Source: Tricharina praecox
Lineage: Eukaryota
Assembly: GCF_024521635.1 (NCBI RefSeq)
Contig: NW_026250412.1
Span: 868,001-932,000, forward strand
Length of the DNA stretch: 64,000 bases
Direction of reading: 5' to 3'
In this document: positions 11,262-24,006 of the stretch, in pieces
Numbering within the stretch: position 1 is the stretch's first letter
Layout: each line of letters starts with the position of its first letter
The notes under the pieces: generated by a model
Databases searched by the model: none
What the model saw: the letters and a program-made list of their open reading frames with translations, nothing else
What the model was told of the DNA's origin: nothing
Translations under genes and position numbers: made by a program

Positions 11262-14200
11262 TCATGCAGCCGCTCGAAGATTCGTCATGATCAAGCTCGC
11301 CTCGGCAGTGCCCAGCCCTTCAACCGCCAGCTGCCGCGCCTGGGATCCCTTTCGCAGCCTCTGCACGGCGCCCGCAATCTTCCATGCCTCCTCCTCGTCG
11401 CATACGAATACAAGCTTTCTGGCGTCGGTATCTCGGAGATTCACCCTCAACATGTGCTGCCTGATAGGACGGCCGCCCCCATCGGACGAGACAGCCGAGC
11501 ACGTTGTGCCGCACACCCGTGCCAGACTCTCAATGATCAGATCCATATCCTCTTCCGAGCGTTGCTGCGCCTTATCCTTGTCGCCAAACATCTTGCGCAT
11601 GGGGTTCTCCTTTTTGGAGTCCTTCTGGGAGCGGGGAGGAGGGGTGTATCGTGGGCAAAAGATCTCGATCAGCTTGATTGACCATGCCTTGACATCCCAT
11701 TCGCGGTGAGAGTAGCTCAACCGATCGTCATCGATGAAGAGCCCTTCGGTCGATACGCGGAGAACAAGTCCGTCGGAGACACCGTTCACGCTGGAAACGA
11801 GCGAAGCAAGAGGTCGGTTCTGACTGTGCATAGTGAACATGTATACAGCCTTGATCACAATTTTATTGGGATCAGGGGTATTGTATGAAGTTGACTGCGG
11901 TCTCTGGCGCCGAGGAGGTGGTGGGGGCGGTGCGGGATCCGGCCTTTTGGGCGGGTCCGAATATCTGGAGGAGGAGACGGTGTTCCTGGGCGGGGAAGGT
12001 GGCAAGCCGGCGGAACCATCGGACATAGGTTTGCGGCTGTGTCCGTTCGAAGGCGGGGGTGTCTGGTAGGCCGAAACATCAGGTTTAGATGTCCGCCGAG
12101 AAGCGGTCGTTGGTTGCCTGGGAAGCGGATTTGACAATCTGTGCGATGGTTGGGACCGCAGCGGCGGATTGGGAGGAAGGCTAGCATGATATTCCGGAGG
12201 AGGATCGAGGGGGATTTGATGTGGAGGAGGTGGCGGTGGAATTTCCTGCGCCGCTGCAGCCGCGGCCGCTTCTGCTCTCTCCCTCTCCCTCTGCTGTTGT
12301 TGCCGACGTTTCTCTTCCTCGATTTGCTGCTGTTTCTGTTTCTCGGCTGCCCGCTCGCGTTGGCTGCGGATGCGCTCTTCGGCGGCTTTCTGTCGTTCGA
12401 GCTTCTCGCGCTTCTCTTGCTCCTCACGCAGCAGTTCGAGGCGTTCCTGTTCTTCTCGTTCCCGCTTCATGCGTTGTTCTTGTTCGGTGCTGGCTTCAAT
12501 CTCCTGAAGTAGCTCCCTCCGGAACCGCTCGCTCTCCTCCTGTTCGACCCGTATCCGCTCCCTTGCCTCCCTCGCAACGCGCTCCGCAGCTTCCCTCTCT
12601 TTTCGCTCCGTTTCAGCACGCTCTCTCTTCTCTTTCTCCAGCTTCTCGCGAATGATCTTCTCGCGTCCTTTCCGAATCTTGTCGATCCTTTCGCGCTCCA
12701 CCCTTGCCGCCTCTTCCTTCTTCCGCTCCTCCTCTTGCATCAGAGCGTTTGCCTCATCTTCCGCCTTCTTTCTGATAATATCCTGTTTTTCGGTTTCCTG
12801 CTTCCTAAGCATCTCCTCACGCTCCTTTATCTTACGCTCTTTATCCAGCTGCCGCTGCTTCGCTAGCCGTTGCTTTTCCGCCTTGACCCGCTCAGCGACC
12901 TCCCTCGTCTTCCGCTCCCTCTCCTGCTTCTCACGTAGCGCCTCATTTTGCTTCCGCTCCTCCGCCTCGACCTTCTCCCTCTCGATGCGCTCCCTCTCCT
13001 CTTTCTCGCGCTTCAGCCTATCCGCCGCCTCACGCTCAATTCGCTCCTTCTCCCTAAGATCCTTGGCAGCTCGCACCGCCTTGACTCTTTCAACCCGCTC
13101 CTTCTCTTCCCGTGCCTCCCGCTCCCGCCTCTCCCGCTCGGCTCGTAACCGTTCCCTCGCCCTTTGCTCGCGAGCCGCCCTCTCCGCTTTCGCTTGTGCC
13201 GGATCTCGTTCCCGCTTGGTTTCGCTGGACTCCGAACGCGGAGGAGGAGGACTCGTAGGTGGAGGAGGAGGCGGAGCGGGTCTAATAGTCGGAGTCGTAG
13301 CTGTACTCGGGCTCTGACTTGGAACTGTACTCGTGTCCGTTGCCGTCGTCGTGGTCGTCGTACTCGTGCTCGGATTCTGAGTCTTCGTAACGTCTTGTTT
13401 AGTATCTTCCTTGACAAAACTATATGCAAACTTTGGACGCTCAAAAACAAAAGGCACGTCTGAATCGTTAGTATCCAGAGAGATGACGCCGCCGCCGCCA
13501 TCAGGTGGCGGTGACGGTAGCGGAGCGGGTCGGAGCGGGGGAGGCGTCGGGACTGGTTCCACGGGTTTGGGAGTGGGCTTTGGTGGTTCTGCTGGAGCAG
13601 GAAACGGAGTAGTCCTGAACATCGGCGAAGGTGCCGATGCAGGTTTGACGGGAGCGACAGGCCTTTGCACGGGCACAGGCGCCGACACAGGCGCCGATAC
13701 AGGTGCAGGTGCAGGCCTGACCCTTGCGGGAAGAGATTGCGGAACTTTCGGCGTTGAAGTTCTTTGATCGCCAGAAGACTGTAGTGCGGAGATGGGTGTT
13801 TGTGACGATGACACGAGTTGCGGTATTGAAACTCTAAGGTTTGCGGAGGGAATGTTCTTGGCAGACGGAACTGCCGGTTTTGGGAACGATGCGGGCACAA
13901 ATTCGGGTATTGGCTTCACCTTTATAGATGCATGCACCGACTGCGGCTGCGGCTGCGAGTGTGGTGGTGGCGGAGCGCGCTTTGGCCTCGATGCGGACGG
14001 AGGCGGGGGTGACGGTGACCGCGGAGGTAGTTGCGGTGAAGGCGGCTGATACGGCGGCGGAGGTGCCGATTCCTTCGGCACGGATGGCGACTTGACCGGC
14101 TTATTCCACGTTGGTGTGTCCCAAGACGGGGAGTCCCACGACGTCCGCTTCAATTCTGCCTCCTTCGCTCTCTGCCGCTGCTCGCGTTGCTCGCGTTCGC

Positions 14201-14852
14201 GGTGCTCCCGCTGCTCGTCCTGCCGCTCGCGCTCCTTCCGCTCGTGCGCGCACTGCTGATCTTCGTGGCACTCGCGTTCCTGCCTCTCGCGGCGCTCCCG
14301 ACGCTCCCGACGCTCCCGACGCTCCCGACGCTCCTCCCTGTCCTGTTTCTCGTCTGGTTTTGATTGCGACCACGAAGACTGGTTTGCACTCGCACTGGAA
14401 TTCTGACGCTTATGCGAAGACTCACCCCCCTGACGTCTGCTTCCCGAGCCTCTCTCTCTCGAGCTTCCCCAATAATCTCCCTTGTACTCTCTCGTGCGAG
14501 GAGCAGGTCGCGCATCCAAGTAGCCCTTCAGGAACCAACCGGCAACGCCGACCAGCACCGCAAACAACAGCGTGCCATACAGTGTCTGGAGCCCCGTCAT
14601 GATGAACGGACCCAGCACCTTCAACAGCAGTACCGTGACTAGTGTGGCTACAACACCCACCGCAAACGACATGTAGTGTAACCGCAGCGACGGAAGGTAG
14701 ATGATACCTCCGCCTACTTGATCTTGCGGGATAACAAATATATCGTATTGCGGGGACACTGCGCGCGACGTGCTTGGCTTTGCGCTGTGGGGCGGTGGTG
14801 GCGGTGGAACGTGGTCTCGCGAGCTGTGTGATGGTTGTCGCGGTGCAGACAT
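11262..14852 (-). CDS. Large uncharacterised fungal protein: 2 N-terminal TM helices, Pro-rich linkers, long E/R/K coiled coil, globular C-terminal domain
   Basis: Uninterrupted 1196-aa ORF. Hydrophobic segment at aa ~60-110. Ordered C-terminus (DPNKIVIKAVY...GLVLRVSTEGLFIDDD...REWDVKAWSIKLIE). Confidence 0.85.
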   Translation of the reverse strand: MSAPRQPSHSSRDHVPPPPPPHSAKPSTSRAVSPQYDIFVIPQDQVGGGIIYLPSLRLHYMSFAVGVVATLVTVLLLKVLGPFIMTGLQTLYGTLLFAVLVGVAGWFLKGYLDARPAPRTREYKGDYWGSSRERGSGSRRQGGESSHKRQNSSASANQSSWSQSKPDEKQDREERRERRERRERRERRERQERECHEDQQCAHERKERERQDEQREHREREQREQRQRAKEAELKRTSWDSPSWDTPTWNKPVKSPSVPKESAPPPPYQPPSPQLPPRSPSPPPPSASRPKRAPPPPHSQPQPQSVHASIKVKPIPEFVPASFPKPAVPSAKNIPSANLRVSIPQLVSSSQTPISALQSSGDQRTSTPKVPQSLPARVRPAPAPVSAPVSAPVPVQRPVAPVKPASAPSPMFRTTPFPAPAEPPKPTPKPVEPVPTPPPLRPAPLPSPPPDGGGGVISLDTNDSDVPFVFERPKFAYSFVKEDTKQDVTKTQNPSTSTTTTTTATDTSTVPSQSPSTATTPTIRPAPPPPPPTSPPPPRSESSETKRERDPAQAKAERAAREQRARERLRAERERREREAREEKERVERVKAVRAAKDLREKERIEREAADRLKREKEERERIEREKVEAEERKQNEALREKQERERKTREVAERVKAEKQRLAKQRQLDKERKIKEREEMLRKQETEKQDIIRKKAEDEANALMQEEERKKEEAARVERERIDKIRKGREKIIREKLEKEKRERAETERKEREAAERVAREARERIRVEQEESERFRRELLQEIEASTEQEQRMKREREEQERLELLREEQEKREKLERQKAAEERIRSQRERAAEKQKQQQIEEEKRRQQQQRERERAEAAAAAAAQEIPPPPPPHQIPLDPPPEYHASLPPNPPLRSQPSHRLSNPLPRQPTTASRRTSKPDVSAYQTPPPSNGHSRKPMSDGSAGLPPSPPRNTVSSSRYSDPPKRPDPAPPPPPPRRQRPQSTSYNTPDPNKIVIKAVYMFTMHSQNRPLASLVSSVNGVSDGLVLRVSTEGLFIDDDRLSYSHREWDVKAWSIKLIEIFCPRYTPPPRSQKDSKKENPMRKMFGDKDKAQQRSEEDMDLIIESLARVCGTTCSAVSSDGGGRPIRQHMLRVNLRDTDARKLVFVCDEEEAWKIAGAVQRLRKGSQARQLAVEGLGTAEASLIMTNLRAAA

Positions 14853-17800
14853 AGGACGTGGCGATGTTTCCGTGAATTTGGTGGAAGAATAGATGCGCTT
14901 GAATGATCGGTAGAGGGGATTGAGGAGAGAGAATGGGAGGGAGGAAGAGGAAGGAGGAGAAAGTAAATCGGGCGGGTAGTGAGGGTGGGTATGGGGGATT
15001 TGGGGGGGAAGTCCGTCGTTGTCGTGTCTCGTTGTCGCTATGCTATCCTAGTCGTCCGTGTCCCACCGTACTATTGCCGTCCCCTGGGGCAGAGCAGAAA
15101 CCAAAACAAAAAAATTCTTATGTAGAACCAAAAGAAGCAGCTCGATCACGTCTCTAAAAACCGGCTTCTAGAAGTCCCAAACAGAAACTAAACTGCCTGC
15201 CTCTTTGTCTCCAAACCGAGAGAATGAGAAAGAGTGCGTGAAGGGTGGCTATCGTTACTCGTCCACGTCCTTATCCCCGTCGCCGTCCGCGTCCGTACCG
15301 CCGAACTCAACGACTGCCGATGTTGACGTTGATGCTGATGCCGCTGCTGCGACCGTTGCTACCGTCGGAGCTTCTCGACTTTCGCCTTCCCTTTGCACCC
15401 ACCAAACTCTGTCCCCGCAGACGCCGTACCCGCCCCCCCAGATCTGCGTCCTCCCACCTGCAATCGCTGCTGCTGCTGCTGCTGCCGTAGCTTCCCTCTT
15501 GGTCGATGCGTGTCCACCTGATCTCGTGATGTCGTCTTGCCGTCGCATGAAATGTGCAAGATCGAATTTTGGATTTTTCGGGAAGACCGATTCGCGTCAC
15601 TGCTTCTCGGTTCTGCTTCTTCTCACGCACACCGCTGCTGGGTGGCCCGGCCCGTAGACGTGGGAACGCACAGCCCGTTCGCTTCGGTCTTTGTCTCGTC
15701 TCGTTTCGTTTCGTCTCTTTTTTTTCTTCTTGGAATCGTGACGATATTGATCTTAAATATTGATGGGCGTGAGGTGCAGCAGCGGCAGCGGCAGTAGTCA
15801 ACCGAGAAACAGTCTTGTATCCCCCACCGTCAACGTTTCCGGACGATACACCGCGGGTGATTATGAGTGACCGGTTGAGTGAGATGAGACGTAGGGCGAA
15901 TATTCCGCAGGGTGGATGACGATGAAGTGCGGAAGCGAGAGGCGCGAATGTTTCCCTCTCGAAGAAAATGCGCAGGGCGAGGAGAGATTCCGTAAAGTTC
16001 TGTTCCGTCTACTTAGGCAGAGAGGGGGTAGAGAGAGAGGTTCCGGAGTGTCGTATCCGACGGGGTGGGGGGGGGGGGGGAGGAGAGGGCAGGTAGCAGG
16101 TAGCAGGCCAGTCGATAGAGCACAACAAGCCTTCGGCAGCGCATTACAACCACCACCAGTGACCACCGTGATGCAGCCACAACCACCAACCAAAATCACC
16201 AGGTAGGAAACAACCGAACCGGGGCGGCTTCACTCTAAAAGTGAGTAGCAGGCTGGGCAGCGACGAGAAGCGGGCACTTCCAAGATCCGGAGAGAGAGAT
16301 CCAGCGGAGCGGAACAGTGCAGACAGCCCCGACGGAGGAGCGCAGAGAGATGCCCGCCCAGCAGGAAGGACAGCGCGAGGGGAGTGTATCAGTGCTGTCA
16401 CCACCACCACCGCCTGAGCATTCCCGTCGACGTGTTATGACGGGAGTAGGGTAGAGTACCGCGTTTGAACGAAGATGATGACGTGCGGAGGTGTTTATGA
16501 GATGATTATAGAAGAACTGGTGAGACTGACCTTGACATGAAGCTGATGAACGGGAGCAGCACCACCACGTCTTGTTTGCGCTCTCGAAAGCAACGACTGA
16601 AGCATGTTTGGTTTTGTTGTTGCTGCTGCGATATGGAAAGTTGCTCAAGTCGGATATGGGATTTCTTTCTCTCTCTTTGCTCTGCTCTGGCCGTTCCAAC
16701 ACACCCTCTAACCAGAACCAAAAAAAATCCGAAAAATTAAAGAAGGGCAAAAAAAAGAAATGTCTCCATTTCCCATCCATTTTATTGCACCACCCCCGTC
16801 ATCTTTCCCGCCAGCCCGGCCCATGAAATCCCGCCAGCCCCCTCCCTCCCTCCCCGCAGCAAAAAACTGACAGGCCAGGAATTTCCTTAAACCTCTCGTC
16901 AGACGGCAGACGGAGGGGAGGGGAGCGGACTGGAGGGATGCGATGCGATGCGCACTACGCCCTCCTCAGTCCTCACCTCTCCTCCTCCTCCTCCTCCTCC
17001 ATCCACCTAACCAACCCACCGAAAACTTGCATCAGTAGCATCAGTAGCATCATAGTTAGCACCACGCCCCCTCCCTCCCTCCCCTCGCTCCCCCGCTCAC
17101 CCATTCATAACCCATACATATCCCGGAGACGGAGGAACCGTTGGATTGGATACGAAAGCTCTCTTAGAGACTTGTCTACGCGCGTGGTCACGTCACTTCT
17201 CGACCACTCGCACAAGCCAAGCAGCACAAGCAAAGCAAGTCGGCGCCCACCATGCCCACTACGGTCCATTTCGCCCCCAGTGCGCACGTCCCTCCCGCCC
17301 CCAAGCCCTTCGTTTCAGCTTTTTTTTTGAGGAGCTTGTTTTTTTTTTTGAGCGCGCTTTCTGGCTGTGCGATGCGATGCATACGATACGGCGCGGCGGT
17401 CTGGTCTGTTGAGTGGAGTGCGTGGTGGGTGGTGGGCGGTCGGTCGGGTCTGTTGAGTGAGTCGGCGGTTGAGTGCGTGGGCGGTTGTTCTGTTCCCCGT
17501 CTCCCCGTTGGTTGGTTCACTCTGGAGGGGGAAACGATCGGTGATGATGGGCATCATCATTCGCTCGATGCCCGCGGCCGGACATCTTATCATCATACTC
17601 TACATATCATCCTCGGTTTCGTTTCCACATTCCGTATGCATCTACCTACTCTATGCACATATGCACATCCCATGAAACGGGACTGGGACTGGGACTGGGA
17701 CCGGGAAAACGACGCAAACACCTACTTGGTGGATGGACAGAAAACACTCAGCTTCCTTCCACCCTTCCACCCTTCCTTCCTTCCGTCCCACCCTTCGCAC

Positions 17801-20800
17801 TTCCTGCCCTCCGCAGCTCGTATACATACCGTTCGGCTCCTGGAGAGCTTGCTATGACTGACACTTCCTGCCCTGCCTGCCTGCCCGCCTGACAGTCCTC
17901 AACTAAAGTACCCAACTGCCGCCGACCAGGGCCCCGCGTAAAATTATGCAATTAGTCTGTGAACATACATAGAGTACGAAGCGTCGCAGCCCCAGTCTTC
18001 CGGCCACTATATTTCGGCTGGTAAGAACACGGTTGATATAAGGTACTTTACGTGGAGAGTGGGCGGATGTGAAAGGGGATACGACGGATAGGTAGATACA
18101 TATCTGTCTTCCTTCCATACCGCTTCCATACATACCGTAATCCACTCTATCGAGATTCGAAGGACGACGACGAACGAGGAGAGGAGAGGAGTGGGAAGGT
18201 ACAGTCGAAGCTTGAAGGGCACTTCTCCCTCCCTCTGAGCTAGAGTAGAGGACCGGTAAATTTCCCTCGCCTCCTCCTCCTCCTCCCTGCAGAAAAACGG
18301 GAGATACACATGTCGAAGTTGCAGAGTGAAAGCTCAAAGTGTCGCTCTTCAAGGGGTTTGTTTGGATGTTTGGATATTTGGATGTTTGTATGGATGACGA
18401 CGGCTGTGGCGGGTACCGTACTCTACTCTATGCATACGAAACATGTGAAAGAAAATCATCCATTGGCCAGCTGGTTATCTTATAACTTATCCATCAACCT
18501 GTCTACTATCTCTACTCTAGAAGTGCAACAACGGGTGTCAACCTCTCTTCTGGAGTGCAGTGGAGTGGACGGGAGTGTACAGGAGGGGAGGGGGGGTGCG
18601 GCCCGCCGTGAAACCCTCACAGCATCAGCAGCAGCATGAGCATCAGCCTCCGGAGGAGGGATGGGGGCGCCCGCCGCTCACGATCGCAGTCATAGACTCA
18701 TACAAAGATAGGTAGTCGCCCTCGCTCTCGTTTCGACGAGGAGGAGGATGGGCAGGAGGAGACGTGGTGGTCGCGCAGCGCAGCGCGTCGTCGGCTGGCT
18801 GGTAAGAAAAGAGGTGGCTGGTATCATATGTAGAGTAGAGCGGTACCGGTAGTCTACCGACCTACCGTGTCTACCGTGTCATATGATTCATCATCACCCA
18901 GCGAGCCGGCCAGCCAGCCAGCCAGCTCTCCAGAGTCCAGAGTCCAGAGACCAGAGATGTGTATACCCAATTGCGCCCCTGGACTCCCAGACTCCTAGAC
19001 TCCTACATAGACGATTACTCTACTCTAGGGTAGAGTATGGCCGCGTCTCCGCCCCCCCTCCGCCCCCCTCCCCCGCCTCCTGTTTTCCTCACCCACTCCC
19101 TCCCCCTTCGCCCACTCCCACTCCCACTCCCTCCCCCTCTCCACCTCCGCTGCCTGAGTGAGTCGCAGCGGCGTCGCAATGGAGCTGTAACCATGACACC
19201 AGAAACCCAAAAAAAGGGAAACAAGGCGGGCGTGCATCCCGCTAATGCGGCCGAGCCCACGCACGCACGAACGCACGCGTATACGGGCGCGACACCGCCG
19301 CCGGGCGCCGGGGTAAATATTTTTGGACGAGGGGGAGGATTGAATTTATTCCGATGCACGACGCTGCACTGCGATGTGATGGGATTGGATGCGGCGGGAT
19401 GGGGGAGAGGAGGGGATACGTAATGTAGGGCTCGGGGAGGGGAGTCGGGCGGCAAGGTGGTCGGGGAGTCGGGTGGTAAGCTGGTGCTCATGGGTGGTGC
19501 TCATGGGATGTCACTCGCTCGGGATGTCACTCGGATTCGGACTTGGACTCGGGGCTTGGGGGTCCGGAGCTTGCTGGCCGGAGGTGCTCTCGGCCGTGTT
19601 AGTATAGATACCGTAGTGACTACAGTAGCGACACGCGAGTCCGATAACTATCATACCTCCGTGGCCTTTCTGATGGTTTTGCCTGGGTTGCAGCTGGCAC
19701 TCGAGCTTCGAACTTCGAGCTTCGAGTGTCGCATCTCGAACTATAACAGTGCCCCCGTTACCCTATCCCTGACCTGATCCGCGAAGGAGGGGGGGATGTT
19801 TTTCCTTCTCGCCGTATCATATCGTCTGCTACGCCAGTACTTCGTTCGCGGCCTTACGATTCGTCCGTCCTCCAGCCGTTCTCCAGCCGTTTCTTCATCC
19901 CCCCGTGCCCCATGGCGAATCGAACTTCGCAGGCCGGATATCGCCGGATGAGACGGTAGCTCCCGGCCACTGTGGGAAGGACACATGGCGTGAATTCCGA
20001 CGTTTCCGGCGTGCCGTGTCCGCACTTGTTCTGCTTATTACTGGCTCGTCAACTCTCCATATGTATTGTAGATATGAGGTAGATATGAAACGTGAGTAAA
20101 TCGTGAATCGTCCACATGCCAAAGTCAATTGTGCTCCTCAGCTCCTCAGCTCATGCAACGACTGGCACCGAGTCTCTACCTATGATATCTATCCGGCTCT
20201 GTGGATTGGATTTGAGTGGAGTGCTATACATAGCATAGATAGGTAGATCTAGATGTGTAGGCCCAGAGCCCACCACACGATTGTCGTTCTCCAATGACGC
20301 CCGCCATGACGCCCGCCAACGATAGGTAGGTATGTAGGCAATCGGCGAGCTCGAGCTGGAGCTCGAGACATGTGCGGACGGAACGGGGGAAATATCAAGA
20401 ATCAGGTCGAGTGCAGTGTGCCCTACCCATGAAAGTGGGTGATAACGACGTTTCTCCCCGCTCCGCTTGGAGAAGTCGAGGTTGAATATCTGCTGGAAAG
20501 GGGCCGTTTCTACCTTCATGCTCTGACAAGGTCTTGTGGTTGGATTCAGAGCTCCTGTGAGAAGGGCAGGCTACTAGATAGTAGGTAAGGGCCGCCAGAG
20601 TCCAGACTCCAGACTGCCTCCTGGTCTTGCTGGTCTCGGGCTTGAGACAACATTCTCTGGAGCGCCAGTGCTAGCTTGATCTTTTCCTACTCTGAATTCC
20701 AACGTTTCAAACATTGCTCCGAGTGTCTCGAATTCTCTACTTAGTGGGGATAAACCGGAGGAGCTGTCTCGCGACAAAAGTAGTCGTTTCTTGCGTTCTT

Positions 20801-21096
20801 CGTCGGAATCTAAGCCCAGAAACATACCAGAGTGTACTCGACGTTCCGGCGGCGAAGGAAAGTGCACCACGTACGTAGAGAGCGCTCGTCATGCTTCGCC
20901 CTCAGAACATCAGCCAGCGACGAGTGATCCGCGATGCACACGCTGAGCGGCGAACCCTGCGCGTCCGCCTACCACACGCAGCCTAGTCCGCAAGGACGCC
21001 GAGCCATGCTCCAGGCCCATGGCCGGTCCGGACCGAAACAACACCGACCGAGCTCGCATATAGTTGTACGAGTATAGCAGTATCAGATCCTCCACG

Positions 21097-22825
21097 ATGC
21101 TATCAGATCCTCCGCCTGCGCCCGCCGACGACGACGAAGTCCGCCGCGCCATTGCCGCGTTCGTCGAGCAGCGCAGCTGGAACTTATACTACGGGTGTGC
21201 ATATCCTCCCGGCTCCCGAGAGAGGTGGTGACAGTTAACGAAGCACCCCCCGCAGTATCCTCCTCAACGTCCTGTTCCTGCTGGTCGTTGTTATCCGACA
21301 TATCACAAAACACCTGCATCTGCTTATCCCGCGGGTATCACTCTACAATCCCACGCACCACGCACGGGCGTTCACCCCACTCCCACGGGCAGCATGGAGC
21401 GCCTTCACCTTACCGACCGCACCGCAAGCGCTCGCGATGGTGCTGACCACTATGATAACCGCCGTGGTCAGCTGCACATCCTACTCGCAGGACATCTACG
21501 TGCCCAACCCGCTTTTCACGACCACAACGTCGCAGTACCTGCGCTACAGCGCGAACCGCACCGGCGTGCTCTCCTTCGCGCTGCTGCCGGCACTGGTCCT
21601 CTCCGCCGCCCGCAAGAACATCCTCGCCCACGCTACCGGCTGGAGCCTCGACTCGTGGAACGTCTTCCATAGGTTCCTGGGAAGGCTGGCTGCCGTGCTG
21701 ACCGCGGTCCATACCGTGCTGTTCTGTGCGTACATTGTGGAGCGCGGGGAGCGCTTCGCGCCTCAGTGGAGGCTGCAGTATTGGTGGGGTGGCGTGGCCG
21801 CCGGTGTCGGCATGCTGTGGCTCGCTGGCCCGCCGAGTGTGAGGTGGGCAAGGAGGCGCAGCTATGAGGTTTTCCTCTGGGGACATGTGCTGGCCACGCT
21901 GGTGGTGGTGTATACGTGTGCGGTGCATGTGTTCTGGGTGCTGAGTGTGGAGTGGCTGTGGGCTGCCGCGGGGTTGTGGCTGCTGGACCGGGGGCTACGG
22001 CTGTGGCTGGGTGTTGGTGGGGGCGAGTGCGAGGGGATAGCGCAGACGCGGGGGGATGTGGTACGGCTCCAGGTCACGGTGCCGGCGAAGTCCGTGGGCG
22101 ATGCGAGGCCGGGACTGTTTTTCCACCTGCGATTTCCAGGGCTGCGCTGGGGCGAGAGCCACCCCTTCTCTGTCGCGCACGTGAAGCGGCTGGGCGACTC
22201 TGTCACCTCCGTCGCATCATCGGAGGCAACATCGCTCCTTCCAACGTCTGGCGGAAAACACAATGGGAGGTTGCAGCTCACATTCATCATCCGCCCCTAC
22301 TCGGGCATGACGAAGGCACTGCACGCCTACGCCGCCACTCCGTCCACCGGGTCCGCACTGAGTGTGGGCGTTGAGGGCCCGTACTACCACCACATCCCGC
22401 TGCCACCACGCACGCTCTTCCTTGCCGCCGGCGTCGGGATCGCGCTGGTGCTGCCGTATCTCCGCGCGGAGCCGCAGGAGGCACACTGGGTGCTGGGGAG
22501 ATCGGAGGATCTGTGGGCGCTGCAGAGCGTGCTGGAGGAGACTCCCAATCGCGGGCTCGAGGGCTTGAGGGTTTGGTTAACGTTTAGGGGACGGCCAGAG
22601 ATGCAGATTCTGCGAGAATTGGCCAGGGTTGGTGCCAGAGTCGTGTGGGAAAGGCTGCCGATTCGCGATGCGGTTGAGGCGTGGGTCGGAGTCGGTGCGA
22701 GCGGTGAGGGGAAGACGAGGTTGGCCGTCATGGCGTGTGGGCCGGAGAGGTTCTTGGATGCGTGTAGGAGTACGGTTGGGGCGTTTGAAGGGGTGGAGTA
22801 TTGGGAGGAGGTTTCGACGAAGTAA
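21097..22825 (+). CDS. Ferric/cupric reductase-like transmembrane oxidoreductase (FRE/NOX superfamily; exons 21097-21194, 21256-22825)
   Basis: Heme-ligand His pairs (FHRFLGR...VHT; LWGH...AVH), FAD motif ESHPFSV, VEGPY, NADPH motif AAGVGI, terminal MACGPE. Upstream exon joins in frame via a GTGTGC..TTAAC..CAG intron. Confidence 0.85.
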
Positions 22826-23777
22826 GACGTTGTGTGAAGATCTGGGTGTAGATATAGACTGCGTACATACTTTAGCCGTCGTGTAGTTGAAAGAAAGTTA
22901 CGGTTTTGATGGGCGGAGTATCCGAACTGTGGATGACCGAGCACACGAAAGAAGGTTAGAACCGCCTGCGGTACATAGAGAGATGTGCCAGCCAACTGAG
23001 GGACCCAGCATGCCGCCTCATGACACTACCAACTTCCGAAAGGGCCGATCGTTTGAATTATCCCAACGAGGCTGGAAGCCCTGCACATGCTAAGCCTGGC
23101 CGGGTGTTCTGACTTGGGGATGACCATGGGCGTGACCATAGGTAGGTACCTCAGCCTTGGCCAGCATTCCGCGGAAAGCTGGCACATCGTGGCCGTACAT
23201 AAGCAGCCTTTGTGGCTTCTCAGCATCAATATTGTCTCTGACTTCTCACCACGGTGAATGGGTGGGTGCGCCCATACAAGCGCGGCTTTTCGCTGCCTCC
23301 GTCCAGTGGTGGAAGCCGATCTGGCGATATCCCGCCCACTCGCAACCGCTCACTACCTGCACCTGCACCCGCCCCGGCTGCTGGGTGTATGTACAGATCA
23401 TCCTCAAGGCGCTTGCACTGCAATGCGCGGCTTGGGCCGCGGGAGATTAGAGGAATGTGTGGGGGATAACGAGTGACGATGTATGATTATCCGCTAGACA
23501 CCTACCGGGTCCCCGGATGTAGATATGCCTCGTCCGTTCCCTGCGATTACCGATGCTCGTCTGGCTTGCTACATAGCCGTCTTCCTGGGTTGGAGGAGAT
23601 CGGCTGTCACGATGCGTTTGACTGTTATGAACTTTTGTCGACTTGTCGTGATGAATAAGTACTATATCAGCCGGGGGGTATTCGTTCACAGGTGGGCAGC
23701 AACTTGTCACATACTCTATAGTAGCTGGGTGTGCCATTCAACTTGGGCTGTTGGCGGTGGTGGCTCTGAATGGAAGA

Positions 23778-24006
23778 GAGAGAGAGATATCTTCCTGTTT
23801 TATTTCGCATGCAGCCTATCTAGACTATGGCAAACCAACGAACTCCTTTTCCTGCCCGCCCTGGCCAGTCGAGGTGAAAGCCCCGGTGCCGGCCAGTCCG
23901 ATGCGGCGCCCCACTTCCCCTGCCCATCCGCCTCGGGCCGACACAAGCAAAAAGTCTCTGAATGGAGGAGAGAGAGACCTTCCTGTTTTATTTCGCATAC
24001 AGAACT
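23778..24006 (-). mobile_element. Two tandem 5'-truncated copies of a non-LTR retroposon (LINE/SINE) 3' end at one target site
   Basis: Minus strand reads ...CATAGTCTAGATAGGCTGCATGCGAAATAAAA...(TC)n. The 14-bp target duplication CTCTGAATGGARGA occurs three times (23764, 23956, 24007). Homologous to the copies at 47573-47631 and 58026-58152. Confidence 0.75.

Noticed and set aside
14933-21000. Many 60-200 aa ORFs in the 6-kb region between the coiled-coil gene and the ferric reductase
   Set aside because: Low complexity, no motifs and no consistent splice model. A long 5' leader or lncRNA cannot be excluded without RNA data.
23797-23910. Dispersed repeat as 5S rRNA, tRNA or hammerhead ribozyme
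   Set aside because: No 5S or tRNA consensus and no CUGAnGA core. Truncation pattern, tail and TSDs fit a retroposon end better.
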